A stretch of DNA of 63,840 nt, the filler included, from Phoronis australis (Eukaryota; Animalia; Phoronida): NCBI GenBank assembly GCA_002633005.1. It is 11 parts of 11 records of this genome, joined end to end, with 100 filler letters (N's around TTAATTAATTAA, not from the genome) between each part and the next. Parts side by side here need not be neighbours in the genome. Positions count along the whole stretch, not along the records: positions 39,267 to 52,851 come from NMRA01000014.1; positions 52,952 to 55,612 come from NMRA01003515.1; 9 more parts are not named here. One strand, 5' to 3'. A program made the position numbers and the translations under genes. Shown here one piece after another: positions 39,758-53,682 of the stretch (position 1 is its first letter; each line of letters starts with the position of its first letter). The notes beneath the pieces were generated by a model. That model saw only the letters and a list, made by a program, of their open reading frames with translations. It made no database searches and was not told where the DNA came from.

Positions 39758-42700
39758 ATATTACGGCTCTGGGATAGACTTTTTACATGCCTGATTATCG
39801 TCTCACAAAGCAAATATTTTACTGGAACATCACATGTAGAAAGGACACTTGGTCAGAATCTGTTTTTCAACTTTTACTAAGGTTGATCACATTGAAACAT
39901 TTTATGAAAGGTTATCCTGTGATTTGGGGAGAGCCAAAGTGAAACTGGTGGATCTTTCAAAGTCAGAACGGAGGGCTGAAATTTTGACCAAACCTAAGCT
40001 AAATTATTTGAAACAAACTATCAAACAAAACTTTATTTAAAAATTAACATTTCTAGAGAAAAAGTCCTTATTTTCTCAACTTTAAATTAGATGTGGAGTG
40101 TTGCCGCTGAAAGTTTAAACTGGACGTTTTGGTATTTTTACTCGTATTGAGGGGCGTTTGTGTGATTTTTGTACTGTCCCATGCATAGAGGATCAAATAC
40201 ATTTTCTCTGCTCGTAATGTTCTCTCTATATTGATCTCAGAACAGCCTTGTTTGCAGAAGTCATGTTGGTTAGTCTCAACGGATACAGAATCAGTTTTCT
40301 TCGTGATGACAAAACCTCTTTGAGTAAGTTAGCCTTCAGCTTTATTTGTAACGCATTTCTTTGGCGGAAAAAAACTGTTGTTCACTAGTGAGAAAGTTGG
40401 TAAGATTTTTTTTTTGTTGTCTTGGTACAGTGTATATGTGTTGCCTATTTTGTGCGTTTTTGGAGATCGTGAATAATGTAAGTCCCAGTTGTGGCTGGTC
40501 AACAGATATGATCTCGTGGTCAGGCTGTAACTTACCTGATATATTTACTGTTATTGATAAGGGAAACAATGGTACATGAAGTTAATTTTTGGTCTTGTCA
40601 TCCAAGCCTTTTTAGTTCAGATTTGTACGAAGTTGTGTGGGACGTGAATGTTTTAATTGTTGTTTAGTACCTCTCTAAATATTTTGTCATAACATTTTGC
40701 AACTTTGACTAGTTATGAGTGATGATATTCTCAGTGTTACTACGTTTTGCAAGTTGTGAGCTATTCTACAGATTAGCAACGGACTCGTAACTATTGGTGA
40801 TTATAGTGGGAGAGTGGGGAGTATACCCTGTACTGGCATGTCAAAAAAAACTAATAGAATGTTCTAAGATTATATGTGAGAGTGCATCAGAATGGATTAC
40901 AATGTTGTGGTATTGATGAATTGCCTTGCTTTCTTCTTTTTACTTGTGTAACACCCACTGCACAAAGCAATTGCCTGCATTGCTAGTAGCCTGGTGCATT
41001 GAATAGGGAACACATTGCAAAATTGTTGGGTGGAGATGAAACCATCAATGAGCTGGGAGCACCATGTAGTGAAAAGTTGGAAAATACCCAGGATGGTACT
41101 GACATAACCACAGGGGCATTTACACCAGCCATTACAAAATGTCTAAAGGGGACATGCGGAAAACGAGAGCCAAATCGTATCACCACCTCAGCACATCTTG
41201 TAAATGTTCAGAGGTATCGAGCAACCAAAATGTGTGACGACGGGAGGGCTTAACACCCATGTGTCACACACACTCTACCTGTTTTGCACTCCTCCCATGG
41301 ACTCCCCTGGGAGGCGGTCAACACCCATTTGGCGCCCACCTGATTTTACTTGTTTAGTCCTCCTTTCATGTACCCTCCTTCGTGGCACCTGGGGTAAAAT
41401 GCCTCCTGAAACCCCAGGAGTAATCACTAAAATAATGTAGTCCTTGAAAGTATCAAATGTAATTAAAAAGGATAATTTGCCTTATTAAAAACTCAAACAT
41501 AAAACAACTGAAACCATGATGGCTTTTGAAGTCAGCATCAAGAGAATGAAAGCAAATACACTTTAATATTGATTAAAACACACATTTTCATTTTCATTCG
41601 ATTATAAGTGGATGTTAGTTTGCGTATTTTACCTATTTTCATTCACAAAGTAATTTTATTGCACGTCGAAATCATTAAAGTATGAATTTATCTGTGTTTA
41701 CATGGTTCGGACTTCGCCACTAAATTAGTGTTGCTCATTCGCCGCTTGGGGCGCTAGTTGTTCAACCGATAACCATTGCGGCGAATGACAAGATGGCGAA
41801 GTGATCACTCCTGTTCCATTACCCTCCTTCTTAGTATTCCATAGTTTCTTGGAGTTGTATTTAGTAAAAATGCACCCATTAGGCTTTTATTTTGTCTCAC
41901 TAGGATCTGAAAGTCCTACAACTTAGAAGTTCGTTGTTCTGACCGAAATTTTTCTGAAATTAATTCAGGTAACCTTTAGACAAATTGAAAAAGAAAAAAT
42001 TTGGTTGGTAAAGACATGTTTTAGCATAATATTACGGAACCGTGGCGGTTCGGCTACGTACGTAGAGAAGTGATTCTTTGGAAACAACAAGAGACATGCC
42101 TTGACAGTTATATTGAATATAATAAACTTTACATGAAGAGAGCAACTCTCGGTGCGGAAAAAAGAAGTACCGAAGGAGATAAAAATGAAAGAAATATACA
42201 TATAGAGACTGCACAAGACTTAACCAATTAAGCGATATGTACAAATAAGGGATGCACTAAGTTCACAAACAGTTCTAGATATAGGAAGCATTACTAATCC
42301 CCTTCTCTGAGAAAGCGGCAGTAAACATCAAGCAAAAGTTATGTAAACCAGAAAGGTGCTAAAACACATTCTGCGACAGGAAACACCGTGGGATGATCAA
42401 ATGGCTTTCTATTGGTTAAAAGAACGAAGGGGCACTTTCACTTTCTTATCGATTGGAAATAATGTCCAAACATCCCCATTGGCTGAGGATGAGAGACGCA
42501 TAAATGCATACTGACTGCTACATGTACGTCTATTGAGAAATGTAAGTTGCGGTTGCGGCAATCTCAAGAACTAAATCGAAACACCTTACGCAAATTCGTT
42601 TTTGACTTATTCACAATGACAAGCCGTCAAAGAAAACAACGAGATGATTCACTCTGACTCGTTCTTGTACAAAGTGTATAGGGTAAAGACATATATTTAG

Positions 42701-45570
42701 TGGCTGGTCTTGAGATATCAATAATGTGGTTCAACAAAAGCCCTTATTTCCAATCTGTCTCGGGACACCTGAAAAAGCACATTCGATGGAGGTTTTCAAG
42801 GATGACGAAACTAAAGGCGTGTTTTCTCTCCTCACTGCGTCTACTGGTAAACTTGAGAGGCCAAAAATGACCAAAAATGCATTTTGGCATTTTTATCACC
42901 ACCATTATAAAATGACGACTGCCCCGCTGCCAGAAAGAAGACAAGAATCCTAACGGATCTACACTTTAGATTTTAGAAATATAAAATATGTCATTATCAA
43001 TCAGATTTTTATCCATTGTCCAATAGTCTGAAGGGAATCTGTGTTAGAAACAAATGTCACGCTAAGCAGGGAAGTGCTCTGAAAAAGCGGGACTTGCGGA
43101 TTTGGGTAGAGCAGAAAATTGACGATGAAACTGTTTGAAATCAGCGTTGACAAGATGAGGTGGTGGAATTGCCAAAATCATCTCTTTTTCCTAAATTTTA
43201 AAATGGCACTCACTAATTTGAATTCGCATGCTCCAGTTTCATTGAAAATTGGAAGGTACTGGGTTGGATGGGATACCATACATGTCAAGACTATGTACGA
43301 CATTTTCTTAATTTTTGAGTCTCTTGTGAATGAACGATTGCCAGTTGTTGAGCCTTTGGCTCCCTTGTTGCTCATTCGTGTTTTAAGCAATTACTGCTTG
43401 CGAACGGACAGTTAAAATCAATTAGGGAATTTAGGAACCTTTCAGACATTTTGGATTTTAAAAAATTTTCCTGGTCGACAGCTACTTTTCTCCTGATTTC
43501 TGTAATCTGGAGTTTTGGCAGTTTGTGCTACTCGAATGCAAATGGTGATTTTGTGTATTTAGGTTTATTTTTTAAGGAGCCATCTGCGCTTACGAGAGAA
43601 CTAAAGTATTTGCCTCAATATGTTATTCATATTTTTATGTGTTGTATATTCTATTGCCGGAAGATGCCAAGACCATTGTTTTCCAAAATCATCAGAAACC
43701 GGAATGCCATCCAAAGCATTTCATCGAGGATGAAAGATTATCTCAGTTTCGCATTTTTGCGCCTTAAATGGCGTGCTTCAAAGTAAAGTTTCAAATAAGC
43801 TCAGGCAACCGTTTGAAAATTTGAGCAGTAATCAAAATTATACAGATTTTTTTCGAAAAAAGTGCTCTAGAACTTACAAATCTTGGTTCCTGAAATGGTA
43901 TTTTCAGAATATACGCCCTGAGCTAAAACTAAAACTCCGGTATGATTTCGTGTGCGTAAGCCGTGTTTGGTGCGTCCTGCACCGTGTTTGGCAGTCAGAG
44001 AGCCGTGTTCATGAGTTGGTGAACTGAGGTTATCAGACTAGCAGTGTTTATAGCAGCCGGAGTCAGATCCTGGAATTCAATATATCGCCTGGTCACACCA
44101 TCATATTTTTTCCAAGGTCCAGCAGTATAATGCAAGGCTGTTCTGCAGTTGACACAAAAAGGTTTTTACCGCTCCCTCGCTTCAACTGCAACGCCACCAC
44201 ACGGGATGTAAGATCTTTTTGAGATTCTCTCCTGGCATGATATTTTTCTGGCGTAAAATTTCACTGAGATGTTAGATTTCAGTTCCTGGCCTGTTCCTGA
44301 CGTGCAAAATTTTCGGTCCTGATGTCAAACAATATCGGACCTGATGTGATCAATTAGAAGTCTTGACGTGATATATTGTGGGTCCTGACCTAATAATTTT
44401 TTGTTCTTTAGTGTTGTTTTTGGATCAGAGGGAAAATAATGTTTTGAGCTGTTTTTAATTCTCCAGAAAGCGAAAATTCCAAGAATCGTGTGCATGACGT
44501 AGGGAAGAAAGTCGAGTCGGCGTCTTTTATACGGTTAAAAAGCCGTTCTTTTTTGGGTGCGTAAGTCGTGTGTTTGATGTACCGTATTCCCGCCCTTCAG
44601 GCCCTTTGGCCTATCTGCGAAATAGTGCCATTCACCTTTTTTACCTAAGTGGTCACATTTTGATAGTTACAGAATTTTATGATCCGATGCTTAATCTAGG
44701 TATTTCCGTCGATGGTTCCCTGAGTGCAGTTAGGTGGTAGCCAGCACGCAGGTATCGCTTATTTTCCTCGGGAATTTTTTACACCGGCGTTTGTGATTCG
44801 CTGGACGAATTCTCAACAAGCAAACAAACTGGCCTGACTGACGTAAGGAGTGTAAATGTGGTGTGTTGTACAGACAATTCGGTGTTTAATTCATGTTCAA
44901 GAAATGTGAATTCCGGAGAATAGTGGTTGCGCATTTTCAGAGTTCAAATTCCTACTATCACTGACTTTTTGTGTATGTTGCTGATCTGTATTCATACTGT
45001 ATGAATAACACACCAGTTAAATAGGCCAGATGTTCTTTATTGTGCATGCATGTGCTTCAAGCACGTGACTATTGAATATTACTGCAAAGTCGACAGGTTA
45101 TTTCTAATCTACGAAATAGAAACACGGTGAATTTTTCTCACTTCCGTTGACTCCGTGGCACTGACTTTACTTGCGAACCTCCTGTAAATTCTAGAGCACG
45201 CAAGACTTCGGGAGATATTGGTATGTTTTCCAAGTGAATCACATGGTCACACTAACTTCCTTCGCGCGATTCTCGCATCTACGTAAGTCAACTCATTTCA
45301 GTGGGATTATACTTTTTGTACTATGCAACATCTATCCTTTTGTGTGGACGGCACGATAGTGCACCTTTTCATACCTTAAAAATTAAAGGCATTTCACTAC
45401 TATATAGTTGTCAATGTTGAATTCTAACCCTTACAAAAATTAACTCGATTTTTCGTTGACAACCTTTGCAAGACGAAAAACGTAATATTTTTGGAAGAGA
45501 GAGACATAATGGATTTTACGGATGGAAACGGCGTTTTAGGGACGGAATAGACTTAAAGCAAGTTTGACCA

Positions 45571-45729
45571 GGGCCCAGTTGCATAAAAGATATACGCTAT
45601 ATACACTGTAGCAACAATTACGTCGCATTATCACGCGTCATGTTGTTATTGTTGAACAATGCACCTGACGTCATGCAACAATCATACTTATCCAGCGGAA
45701 AATTTTGTTTGTGTTATGCAACCCAGCCC
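45571..45729. mobile_element. MITE with GGGCCCAGTTGCATAA...TTATGCAACCCAGCCC termini (PIF/Harbinger-like)
   Basis: Imperfect 16-bp TIR; TSD not clear. Confidence 0.55.
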
Positions 45730-46079
45730 TGGAGTTTGTTTTTGTGAATGTACAAGTCGCCAATTCTCCCCGCTATCTTCCAACAATTCGTTGAAATCAA
45801 TGGCGGTGTTTGATTCAGCTTCGCCAGCGGAGCGTTGGACTGCAACCGCGATCGCTTCAGTCACTTCGATTGTTCCAACAATATCGTGACCCACATAAAT
45901 GGACATACATGTACAGTTTGAATAGCGGATTTGCAGCGCAAACGAACTACGCATTGCGCATGTGCGAGTTACTTCCTGCCGCAAATTTAAGGCTCATGGG
46001 ATAGCTTGTGGTCTGGCATGTCTTGAGCAGGCTGGATAGTGTGTGCATTTGGAGTGATTTGCAAACTAAAAACCATGTT

Positions 46080-47324
46080 TCATTTTTTTGCTTTATAATA
46101 CCAAGCAAGTCCTCTCTCTCGTTTGTAAACACAGCGTAGCTATGATCAGTGACCGTGTGACCGAGGGCACGACTATCGTCATGTTCAGTATTGGGGCTAT
46201 CGGCGTTGATTTCGAAATCTCCTCCGGTTTCAGACAAGTTGATAGTTGTTGGGTTGCTTAACTTTTGTAGCTTTCGCCGTGGATATGCTAGAGACGTTAA
46301 TTTTAAGAGGAAACTCCGTCGGAATGTTGTTCTCATACGTCTTTTTTCCACCAGGAAAATGTTCGCTGCACACACGATGGCCCCTAGGCAATTACATCGC
46401 ACTGGATGCTGCGGCCATTCATTGGCGATAGTACATCCTCACAAAAAGTTACTCATTTCAAAATACAGCAAATAAAATCAAATGAACCATACATATAGGA
46501 ACACGGAGTTATAATTAACACATACCACGACTCTGGATACAATTTATTCAGCAAAACTTGAACAAATCGATGAAAATCTGTCGCGGTTTGCTCGAGTTTC
46601 TCTCAGTTACCGGGTGCCATTTTGAGGAAGTTACGTGAAATTACGCATGTTGACGAATAAAAAGTCCAAGGGACACACATCTTACAAGTTTCACCCGATA
46701 CCTTCTCATGCTATTTTACAAGTGTCGCGCGCTAGCGTCACGCACTTCGCTCAGTCTCGCGCTAACCTTTGCCTAACTCACGTGATTCAGTTGACTTGCT
46801 TTATGGTTATCGCGCACGCGGTGATAATATTAACGGCAACCAAAAAAGTGAAGTTGTAATTCTTCGCCAAAGTCAACTTAATTCTCACAACTAAGCTTAA
46901 GATATGTATAGAAGTAGAAAGGACCAATGATGAAAGTAAGCGTTTTTTAAATGATAGTTTTAAGTGTAGAATGTATTTTTGCAATTTGACGAGGTGAAAA
47001 CTCGAAATGGATAATCCAAATCCGGTCACGACCCGTTTAAAATACACTGAAGTAACGAAATGAGTACAGAAAGCGAATGGAAGTATTGTAGCCCCTATAT
47101 GGCCAACCGAGGAGCTACGTGTTGCCTACTAGATGGCTCCGCGTTGGTTTGAATGCGCTAAATCTCCCCTTACTCCCAGCTCTCCTAATGTTGTTTATCC
47201 ATTTTTCACAAAGTTCTTGGTTTGCAGGGAACACATAAAAACTCAGAGTTTTATCTCTCTTGTTGTTTTTGAAGCAGCCAGGAACACAACAAGTGTATCT
47301 GCCATAAGTTTTCTTCGCGCTCAT
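46080..47324 (-). pseudogene. THAP-domain gene split by an insertion (parts 47324-47132 and 46375-~46080)
   Basis: MSAKKTYGRYTCCVPGC...FYVFP...W..NIRR...FKPTRSH plus, after removing 46385-47131, RVCSEHFPGGKKTYENNIPT. A downstream shifted frame has DHSY (HCF-1-binding-type DHxY motif). Confidence 0.8.
46385..47131. mobile_element. 747-bp non-autonomous element with TAG...CTA termini and 9-bp TSD (GATGGCCCC/GATGGCTCC)
   Basis: TSD at 46376-46384 and 47132-47140 (one mismatch); termini TAGGCAATTAC / GTTGCCTACTA; removal restores the THAP motif order. Confidence 0.75.
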
Positions 47325-48000
47325 ACCGCGTATTATGCTTGATACTACGGCCGCTTTCGGAATCCTGACCACAGCACCCACAATGCACCATTTTAACCTA
47401 ATTTCAATATGGCGTCGCTGCATGTTTTAACGAGAACGATTGGGAAACGGTGGCAATGATGACGACGCCTATTACGTTGCAGCGTTGAAACTTTTTCCAC
47501 TTGATTATACTCGGCAATATTTAAGAATAACAGAACGTTTAAAACACAAAGATTCCAATTGAATAATTTTTATATTACAAAATGGAAAATAATAGAGTTA
47601 TAAGTCCATTCTCTCATTCACTCAACAAAACAGCAGTGACGGTTCTTGACATCGATCACACTTTCCAGTCACAGCCTCGGCCTTTAACCGTCTTCAGGTG
47701 ATCATCTTTGAAACTCCTTCAATCTTATTTATGATTGACAGCATGTTTTGTGGCCGACTTTTTACGTCATCCGACCGGCACAGCTATCCTATAAACAGGG
47801 GTGTGTGTATCGCTTCTTTGTAAATGGCAGGAGTTTTTTCTCGCAAGGCATGACAAACGTCGGTAATGCTAACTCCCGGCAAACGAATAAACATCCGTGA
47901 GGACGGATGTTAACTCCGCGTCGCGAACCTCGGGTGCCAGGTGCTCACATGTGTTGCTGCCGTATCTGAATAAAGAGACATCTGTCAGTAGTTACTCGTA

Positions 48001-51000
48001 CTACCACCCAGGCCAACCCGCGATCGAGAACGCCCGGAAGGCGATCGAGAACGAGATCTTGCACCAAAAATGGCAGACGACAGTCACGTACCCGGTGAGT
48101 TTAAGTGTCATTTTCTGCTTAAATAGAGGCCACTTTGGTACGAATGTTACACACAGAAAAGCGTCTGGGGGGTAACCTTTGTTGTGGATCTGAAATAATA
48201 CTTGGCTTTTGCATATTTTTTAAAATAAAGAGCTCAGAAAGCAATGGCTTTCGGTAAAATGCCTTGCGCCTCGTAAAATCGACAATTTCTACCTGTTATT
48301 AGCAATCCCAGGGTTCTTAAGAAGAGACATGTGACGTTTATAGTTTAATCGTCCATGCTGACACCTTTGTTAGTTATGATTTGCGAAACAATTTGAGATA
48401 TTTACCAATACAAGCAGGTCCTTGTGTGAGACGGCGATCGGGAACGATGTCGTTAATTCTCTTTGCCGACCGTGAACGCAAAAAATGCGATCGTGAACTC
48501 AAATAGTCGTTCAAGTTACGGTATTATGTCAATAATTACGGAGCCTGAATTAGTTGATGGTTTAATTATGAATTACATTTCATCATTATTTCTAAGTGAG
48601 ATTTAGTCTAACAAACATAACTGAATGCGTTTGATTTTTTTCAGTTGAACTCATAGTGTAGCTACACGATGAATCCTTCAGGGTGTTAACGTTCACGCCT
48701 TCAAAAAAGAGTAGCACAACTGGTGTATGTCACAACAGAGTGTGTGTGTGTGTGTTGTGGAGCCTCGTTCAGGAACTAAGAAATCGATTTAGTATAACCA
48801 CATGGCAATAAAATAGGGTGACACTACAACAAAGCAAGACCTTTACCAGCCCTGTGATCGACGCGTTGCCTGCGTCAAGAGTTTTTTACCAATGTAGTGA
48901 AACACAGCACGAAGCATCGTGCTCAGGAACCAAGTCGACTCAGTGTCCTATCTGTGATCAACGTTTCACGGAAAGAGTAAGCCCGATGCGACACTGCGTC
49001 ACAGCACGAGGACACTCGTTTTTGTGGTGAATGCGGCATGTCATGCAAACAGTATGCCTCCTTCTACAGGCATAGGAAGCAGAAACGTCACGATGAATGA
49101 AATCATTAAGTCCAGTGCTGAAGGTTATTAAGTCACTATAGTTCATTCAGATTTACAAAGTCTGTGGTTGGTAGTTGTCTGATGTGATACTGTAGTATTT
49201 TGACGTTTTGTGTTGAACCTTTTTTTCTCAAGTTTCTTTCTATATTTGTGTTATTTCAAAAGGATCTTTAACAGAACCAGTACATTTTTGTAGTGTTTAG
49301 GTAGATTTAAATGGCCATATTAAGTGTCAATGGGCAATACTTACATACAATTGTTCTGAACAATGAGTATTTTGAATGAAAATATATGTCTATGATTATT
49401 GTAGAAATTGCTTTCATATTGTAGTTGATTTCCTGTGAGAGACCGTTATACTATCAATCAGTCCTAAATACATTGTCTATGATTCAGTGATGATTTAGTC
49501 ATTCCAAAGTAATTCCTTGGAAATGTTCAATGGATTTGTTTTGTTGATTTCCCTATAAATAAATTTATATATTTTTGTAAGACCAATTTTGAGGTATGTG
49601 TGTTAAAAGATTAGTATTATAATAGCAATGCTATAATATTGTTGGTTTCCTGTGTAAATCACTACAGTGTGTAGTTGAAGTGACGTTAATGACAACATGT
49701 TGACTACGTTTTGAGAAAATCACAATAAAGTATGTGTATCATAACTCTCAATCTTTTTCAATGTAACATTAAACTCGAGATCATGAACTGATGATGCAGA
49801 TGAACAAGACTACAAAACACAACGTACATTCAAGCCACACGGTGCCACAAGTCATTCTGTTCATCTCTGTATCGACGTTATCAGTAAAACATCAAGTAAA
49901 ATCCCACCTGTTTTATCAGCACAGCAGTTTACACAACTTCTGGCCAATTTTTTGATCTCAGACATTTATGAGTGAGAATCTTTGAATCATCTCGTGAAGT
50001 GTTGCCGCACTCCCCTCTCTCCCCATGGGCAAGCTCATCATCATTCTTTGACTTCACTGGCTATTTGTTTTTTTTTTCCTTTTGCTGTCACAATTTTACA
50101 AGAAAATTCTACACCCGCGTTCATCTCGGTGCTGCAACAATTTGTTTACCCCTGGCTGACAGGCCACATGGAACAACTCCTGGGTGAGTCTTCAGTTTAG
50201 AAACCCTTGTTCTCAGTGGTTTGGTCTAAAAGTAGATGCCTGGCCTGTACTTTTCAAAACACTGGTCAGGTGTACCTTCACGTCGTGGGTAACATGTTCG
50301 TTGAAGTTTGTAAAACTAAACTTGAATTATGCTTGATGTACATGTAGTGCTCATGGCAATTTAATGGAAATATGCTATGTTGTTGTTCAGTTTTGATACG
50401 AAAGTAACACAGTAACGACACAAAATGTGATTAAATCATTACACCGCACTTATTTTGTAACCTGTTTCACGTTTTATAAGTAAAAAATTCATTACTGTTC
50501 GACACACCACAATGCGTTCCCGATCGCATAAACAAACACAAATTTGCGTTCCCGATCGCTTATCGTTGCGTTCTCGATCGCATCTTTCAACAGAAAATCG
50601 TCGAAAAATCAGAGATCCTGACAAAACTACAAAAAACAGGCGTTGCGTTATATTTTCACACCTCATTTCTTCATAACTCCATGGTCAATTTATTGATTTA
50701 GTGCCAAAAATAACGGCAATTTGCCAAAATGACATTCAAATCACCTACATGTCCGGCTCATAAGAGATGCCTCGGTCAATGTAACTTTTCTCCTATAATT
50801 GGGAGAGACACTAGCCTAAACCTCTACGTGCCCTTCCTAAATGTGTTACGCCTTGAAGCCACGTCTCTGTTTTCACATTGGAAGTAAAAAAAAAACGAAA
50901 ATTCATCAAATTTACTCACCTTGCCTGGCTTCTCTTCTCGCGCCAATTTTCGTTCTCGATCGCCTTCCGGTCGTTCTCGATCGCGGTTTGGCCGGGGTGA

Positions 51001-51001
51001 G
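48001..51001. mobile_element. 3.0-kb TIR element flanked by TA, ~55-bp TIRs
   Basis: CACCCAGGCCAACCCGCGATCGAGAACGCCCGGAAGGCGATCGAGAACGA at left versus the reverse complement of 50950-50999; TA at 47999-48000 and 51002-51003. Confidence 0.8.
48944..49100 (+). pseudogene. Two degenerate C2H2 zinc fingers with a frameshift, inside the 3-kb TIR element
   Basis: CPICDQRFTERVSPMRHCVT / HEDTRFCGECGMSCKQYASFYRHRKQKRHDE*. Confidence 0.6.
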
Positions 51002-51239
51002 TACCTAAAGACTCACTATTAGTAAAACAACCACTGCGTCTGGCATTTACAAGAGGTCCGTGTCTTGGCTACCTTGCTACAACAAAATAACTAGCCGTGA
51101 CAAACTTGTTTAAATGATCTAACATTCAGGTAATTCTTAATCGGCCAGAAATCGCCTATTTTGAATAAGGATCAAACTATAAGCACTTTCATAAGAGTAG
51201 GTGGACTAAAGCAACAGTTGAATTCATAAGATCTAATCT

Positions 51240-51391
51240 GGCGTGCATTCAATAACGCTAGGACCTACGCTAGGACCTAGTTAAAATCTAACCAAAGTCA
51301 CGTGTTGTCATTCAAAATACACGGCAATATCTCACGTAATCCCGCAAAGTCTTGCTTTTTAGCGAGGTCCTAGCGTTACTGAACGGGAGGC
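51240..51391. mobile_element. MITE family C copy 2
   Basis: Matches 34895-35047. Confidence 0.8.
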
Positions 51392-52004
51392 TGATTATGC
51401 TTCACTTGCGACAAGAAATCGTTCCGTGTGGAAGGTAACAGCGGATTTCATCCATGATTCAGCATCTTGATCTCGCCGAGAAATCACTTCGAGTGCTCCC
51501 TGCAAGTGAACGCTAATAAGCGAGAAGCATTCGCCATTCCCGTGGTATTGCGAGATTTTGAGTTTTCCTTTGACGCTTGGGTCTAGGGAGCGCACCCCCG
51601 CTCGAACAGAAAATACTTATCATTCCTAATATTGCAGTAGGAAATATCAGTAATCAAATTTCATCCATGGCAATGCCGGAATTGTAAATTCTAACAATCC
51701 TTTTGTGATTCTTTTTGTAGGCCTCATGAACGACTCGACCCTACAACGGTCCGGTTTACATGCCTGAGTCGATCAAGTGTTCTATAGGTTAGTACAAGCT
51801 CTTCAGTGTACATGGTACAATATTAATTTCCATCTATTTCATATTTGCTTCTTCTAGTCGTTTTTAATTTATTGATTGATTTGAATGGAAACTTGACAAG
51901 ATTTTTCGACTTTTCATTATTCTCTCAGGTTTTCAAGGAAATCGTGGATTTTCAACGATCATTGATAACCCGCGAGAGAATGCAAGGACACGCGGCGTTT
52001 GTTT

Positions 52005-52509
52005 TTAACATAGCCGCTTACCGAAAACCTTTATGGTCGCATGTCCAAAATCAATCAATTTCACTTTGTTGGTTTGTCGTTCCACCATTACATTCTTGGT
52101 GTGGATGATCTCTTCTGTGGGCACGATGAACTGCTTTTGCGGCTTTCAGCAATACCTTCACAATTTCTAGAATAGGCAGCGACAGCTCGCCCACATTTTC
52201 AAGATGGTGATCTATGTAATTTGTGAGTGTAAAACCATCTATTAATTCCATGACAAGACCAACTATCGGTGGGGATTCGTCGTCAACCATTGCTGTCAAA
52301 TACAGTACATGTACAAGCCGAACGGTTTAGGGGCGCATCTGTACCAACAAGGGCCCGTATACATTGATATTCCGTCTCAGCTGTTGAGTTCACGTCGTTT
52401 TCATGCATATAATTTTTTACACAAGCTTTTTGCTCAATACCCGTAGCGTCATTTACGAAAGTCCCAAGGCACGCTTTGCCTGAAATTCCTTCGCCGATCA
52501 CGGCGGAAT
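52005..52509 (-). pseudogene. Protein kinase pseudogene fragment (frameshifts, HRD region damaged)
   Basis: IGEGISGKACLG (G-loop), ACVK, ETEY, GLVMELIDG, then in a shifted frame IIHTKNVMV...VKLIDFGHA. Acceptor-like tttccctttacag precedes it. Confidence 0.8.
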
Positions 52510-53538
52510 CTGTAAAGGGAAATAACATGTTCAATCGACTAAGATTTGTCAGTTTATCTAGTTGGATGAGCTGGCTCAGATTCCTCAATTTCGAGAAGGG
52601 GCAGCGCCATTGCTGCTAAGAACGTATAAAGCAGGTCCATAACACCAGTTTACACGATGACTGGAGTGTGTTTTTGTGGACCTCTTTTGTGATTCCTCGT
52701 ACCACCTATTCATCCTAAAACCTGGCTGTTTACGTGTTGTGCGAGGAGTTTGATAGCCATTAGAATATTGCAATTATCTAGAGAATCTTTTGTGTTTCTA
52801 CTATATTTATTTGCAGCTAATTATTGGCTAAAATGTTGGGATTACCCAGAANNNNNNNNNNNNNNNNNNNNNNNNNNNNNNNNNNNNNNNNNNNNTTAAT
52901 TAATTAANNNNNNNNNNNNNNNNNNNNNNNNNNNNNNNNNNNNNNNNNNNNCTATTGCAATATCACATACGGGTGTTTATCCTTGATTTTGAGGTTGCTT
53001 ATTTATCACAAGGCGTGAATTTTTGACCCAGGAAATGGGTTTGGCGATTATTTTCGGAGATAGGTGGTGTTCAGGCGTGCTTCTTTCAATGTATTATGGA
53101 AATACAGAACCTCCTATAGTTTAAAAACTAACTGCAAGTGTGTACCCACGACCGGCGGTGAATGACCTGCTGGAGAGCTAAGAGAAAAGTGGGGCTTTGG
53201 ATATCATCCAAAGACAGAGTTTTACTTGAGTCTTTATTTTGTCCGATGTCACGACGCAAACACCAATTATCAACCACGATGAATGAATACACGTGAAAGC
53301 AGGCATCGAATCAAAACCGCCATGTTGACCAATTTTTATCGTATTCCTTCCGCGAAAGAAAGATGCGCATTAACTTTTCACGAGCCAGGAATTCCATTTC
53401 AAAAGCCAAACCCGTTAATTACCAGTTTCTCTGCTTGATATTTCGATTTATTTCAGGCAGTACATCCGTCAAGGACACACGGCGACACCGGTTTTCCCAA
53501 CAACGCCACCACTGACTACCCACGAGCCCGCCTCCAGT

Positions 53539-53682
53539 CCCGTTCAGTAACGCTAGGACCTCGCTAAAAAACAAGACTTCGCGAGATTACGTGAGATATT
53601 GCCGTGTTTTTTAAATAAGAACTCTTTGACTAGGTTTTAGCTAGGTCCTAGCGTAGGTCCTAGCGTCTATTGAACGCACGCC
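53539..53682. mobile_element. MITE family C copy 3 (reverse orientation)
   Basis: Reverse-complement match to 34895-35047. Confidence 0.8.
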
